NCBI GenBank assembly: GCA_963693365.1
Contig: CAVNZM010000007.1
Span: 7,747,962-7,811,961, forward strand
Source: Amoebidium appalachense
Lineage: Eukaryota > Protista > Ichthyosporea
Reading direction: 5' to 3'
DNA: 64,000 nt
In this document: positions 60,639 to 64,000 of the stretch, piece after piece
Layout of the letters: each line of letters starts with the position of its first letter
How positions within the stretch are numbered: the stretch's first letter is position 1
Notes under the pieces: generated by a model
Told to the model about the DNA's origin: nothing
Databases searched by the model: none
The model's input: the letters and a program-made list of their open reading frames with translations, nothing else
Program-made: the position numbers and the translations under genes

Positions 60639-60913
60639 CGAGCTGATACCGAGTGTCCCAGGGGAGCCCGAAGAAAAAAAAAGAAGGAAAAAAACAAGAA
60701 AAAAAAAGAAGAAAAAAAAAACGGGGAACCCCAACTAATTGATTTTTCTTAGTCTTTATGTGTCTCGTAGAGAAAGTAAACCCTGATATATAATCATCAC
60801 CCGACATCTGTGTACGTGATCATGATATACCGCTGAGGGGATATTCCGAGCAAAACCCCCCCATACCTGAGACTGGTCTGTCTTTGCCTCGAGTAAACAG
60901 CGTAAACCCCCAC
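60315..60913 (+). repeat. Direct repeat copy B / 5'-truncated LINE 3' end with zinc finger, (CA)n, A-rich tract and ~200-nt extension
   Basis: Homologous to 54953-55431 from 60410. Flanked by an imperfect 18-bp duplication TGGCATCGT(TT/GC)GCATGCC at 60297-60314 and 60916-60933. Confidence 0.85.
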
Positions 60914-61802
60914 TTTGGCATCGTGCGCATGCCGTCGATGGAGTCAATCTACATACCCCGATCGGAGGTGACAATGCCGCGTAATTCGAGTGTGTGACCG
61001 AGTACTAATAAAAATTGCGTCTCGACAGATTTCTCACCGAGAGGTCAGCAAGCATGGTAGTTCACGAATCCCGGGCACCATACTGTCCTATAGTGCCGGG
61101 GTTCCGGATTCTGTGTGACAGTGTGGGCGGGGAAGGTGCTGCTCTGTGCATGTGTCGACATGTGTATTCGAACACATGCCCGTTGCATGCGGTGCAGTTG
61201 CGCACCAGCTGCGCTGCAGAGTGCAGACCAAGGGCCCAGGCGGCCCAGGCTAACACAATCCCACCGATGATCATCATGTATACCTGGGTATACGGGTCTA
61301 TAAGGAAGGTGATATCCAGCTATCCAGACACCGCACAACAGATAGAGTAGACTGTACATTTTGGTCAGGTGCACATGTCAGTCTGCTGTGTCAGTCACCA
61401 GGCCGCGCACATCCGACCCGTATATTCACTTTTTTGCCACCCTTGTGTTCGGCTCGCCGCCGTCCGGGCCCGTGACTCCAGACTTAGCTGGCAAATCTGT
61501 AGTGAGGAGTCGACAGATCTTCTTATTGTTACTATCAAAATCCAAGCTAATAAAATGGTCTACTAGCCTAAGCATTATTGTCGATGTTGATACCCGCAAA
61601 AAAAAAAAAAAAAGAAGAAGAAGAAAGAAAAAGAAAGAGAGAAGAGTGCTGCACTCCAAAGCACTGTCTGTGCTGCTCACCGTGGCACGTTACTGCACTG
61701 TTGTTTATTGTCGAATAGGCCTACAGGGCCGCCCTGTGACCGTCACAGGCAGGCTAGCCAGTGACTGCAGCGGCCGGACTCACTGCAGCGGTGCACTATC
61801 AG

Positions 61803-61872
61803 TGCACCCCTTCCATCATGATCCATCAGTCCATGGACAGAATTAGAAGAAGTATGATAAAATTCAAATCTA

Positions 61873-61958
<86 letters not shown>

Positions 61959-62111
61959 TAGATTTGAATTTTATCATACTTCTAATTCTGTCCATGGACT
62001 GATGGATCATGATGGAAGGGGTGCAATCATGATCCATCAGTCCATGGACAGAATTAGAAGAAGTATGATAAAATTCAAATCTATCTGATATATATATATA
62101 TATATATATAG

Positions 62112-62140
<29 letters not shown>
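61803..62140. repeat. (AT)n-centred palindrome with ~75-bp arms plus a third arm copy
   Basis: Arm 61803-61876, (AT)n 61877-61954, inverted arm 61955-62025 (3-nt deletion), then a direct partial copy 62026-62088 and a second (AT)n. Confidence 0.92.
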
Positions 62141-62142
<2 letters not shown>

Positions 62143-62428
62143 GTTACATACGTTCAGATCATGATACCTCATGATCATGAAGCTGATCAAGAAGAAGGTC
62201 AAGTTTAAGCACGCCACCACGCGAGCAGCCGCTTGCCTAGCTATATTAGGGTCATGTACTGTTTGGACCCCCGTCGACCCCCCCCCCCCCCCACCTCCTT
62301 TCCCCCTCCCCCCAACCACCACCACCACCACCACCATCGTGACCACCACCACCGGCCACCACTGCACCACCACCACGTGCACCCGTGACCACGTAGATAC
62401 CATCATTTTAAATAATATATATATATAT

Positions 62429-62462
<34 letters not shown>

Positions 62463-62701
62463 GAGAGAGAGAGAGAGGGGGGGGGGGGTGATGATGACCC
62501 CCCCCCTCCCCCCCTCCCCCCCCCCCCAAAAAAAAAAAACAATGTTAACAACAACCGTCACACCATGTCCACCCAGACCCATGGTTAACGTGATACCTCG
62601 ACGCATTGGCCGTGCTTGGGGATGAATTGGTGCCCGACCGTCACTGCCAGTGTTGACTGAGTGATAGTGGTGGTGGTGGTGGTGGTGGTGGTGGTGGTGG
62701 T

Positions 62702-62747
<46 letters not shown>

Positions 62748-63333
62748 GGGTCTGGGAGCTCGAGGAGGCCGGGCCCAAGCCTTCGGGTCTCGACTCGGAT
62801 ATAAACACGCACACGCACAACACACATTGTCAAACACACACGTACACAGTAGTACACACATGTCACCCATAATGTCACACGCAAGCACACAAGCACGGAT
62901 TCGAAGCACACACGCCGCACATGCACAGCCGTGCGCACGCATACGCGTACCGGCCGCAGTCACAGTGTCACACACACGCGCACACACACACATTAGACAG
63001 TGATATGATATGGAAAGAAAGACAGAGACACACAATAGTCAAGAGTCACGTCACGATCATCAGCCACCCCCGGCACACATCATTTCTTTGTGACAGACAG
63101 AGACGCACCACACAGACACAGACACGCACACACACACACACTGGCGCACATGCACACACATACACACCGTTGTGCTAACACGCACACGTGTGTGACACGT
63201 GTGTGTACAGTGTGTGTGTGCGTGCATGTGTGTCATGTGTGTGCGCACACGGTGCACATGTTTGACAAAGTTTGACAAAGATAATGGTGGTGGTGGTAGT
63301 GGTGGTGTGCGTGTGCGTGTGTGTGCGCATTTC

Positions 63334-63385
<52 letters not shown>

Positions 63386-63707
63386 GGGGGAGGAGGACTA
63401 GGACAAGACCAGGACATGTACATAGCCTCTCCATTTTTAGGAAAACATTCGACTGTATTTGAGATCTGCAATCACATTATATTCATGCCACGGGACTATC
63501 TATTAACTTCATACAAATCCGCACATTCACTGCACCACAAAAAATGGTGCCAAAGAGTCCTTACGTGTGCCACTAGTCTAGCTAAGAATACTGCATTTTT
63601 GTCACAAAATATTACATTCAAGCAGGGTATAGAGTACGTCCTGTCAATGATTTCAATGCCTGTCATTCGTACATACAACCACAATAGCCATCCCGCCCCC
63701 AGCCCCC

Positions 63708-63738
<31 letters not shown>

Positions 63739-64000
63739 AAAGAGCGCACAAGCATATGATATATCACGGTACCACACACAAACCATTCCCAATCCACAGC
63801 CACAGCCGACATAATAAGTCAAATCGAAAAGAATAGTGACAAAACATAGAAAACACGTGACTCCAGAAGAGGGTAAAAAAGGAAAAAGAAGAAGAAAAGG
63901 TAGGTGTTTGTTCAAGCGTGTGTGCAAGTGTGTGCGAGTGTGAACGTCAGGTGAGTAATTAAGTAAGGGAGTGTGTGTGCCCGTGCCTGTGTGACACGAA

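Overview
Eukaryotic genomic DNA with GT-AG introns and very dense (CA/TG)n, (GA/TC)n and poly-G/poly-C tracts. An SH2 domain alongside an UNC-93-like gene resembling fungal/protist members suggests a unicellular holozoan such as an ichthyosporean; this is inference only. Most six-frame ORFs are microsatellite translations. The main result is a hand-spliced, phase-consistent 15-exon minus-strand gene (17046->4199, about 725 aa). It joins an N-terminal atypical Ras-like GTPase (G3 DTPS in place of DTAGQ) through a proline-rich linker to a C-terminal SH2 domain. A tandem Ras-like paralog (1992->602) runs off the window. Other genes: a LURP-one/Tubby_C-like ORF, an intronless frameshifted UNC-93-like transporter, a CCHC-knuckle ORF and one orphan ORF. 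Mobile DNA includes an intact piggyBac-like transposase with an extra N-terminal Tudor-like segment, lying next to a decayed LINE and flanked by ~480-bp LTR-like direct repeats. There are also several LINE 3' remnants, hAT-, Kolobok- and MITE-type non-autonomous elements, Helitron-like 3' ends, a small retroposed insert with a 17-bp TSD and an (AT)n-centred palindrome. All calls are by eye; no searches were run.
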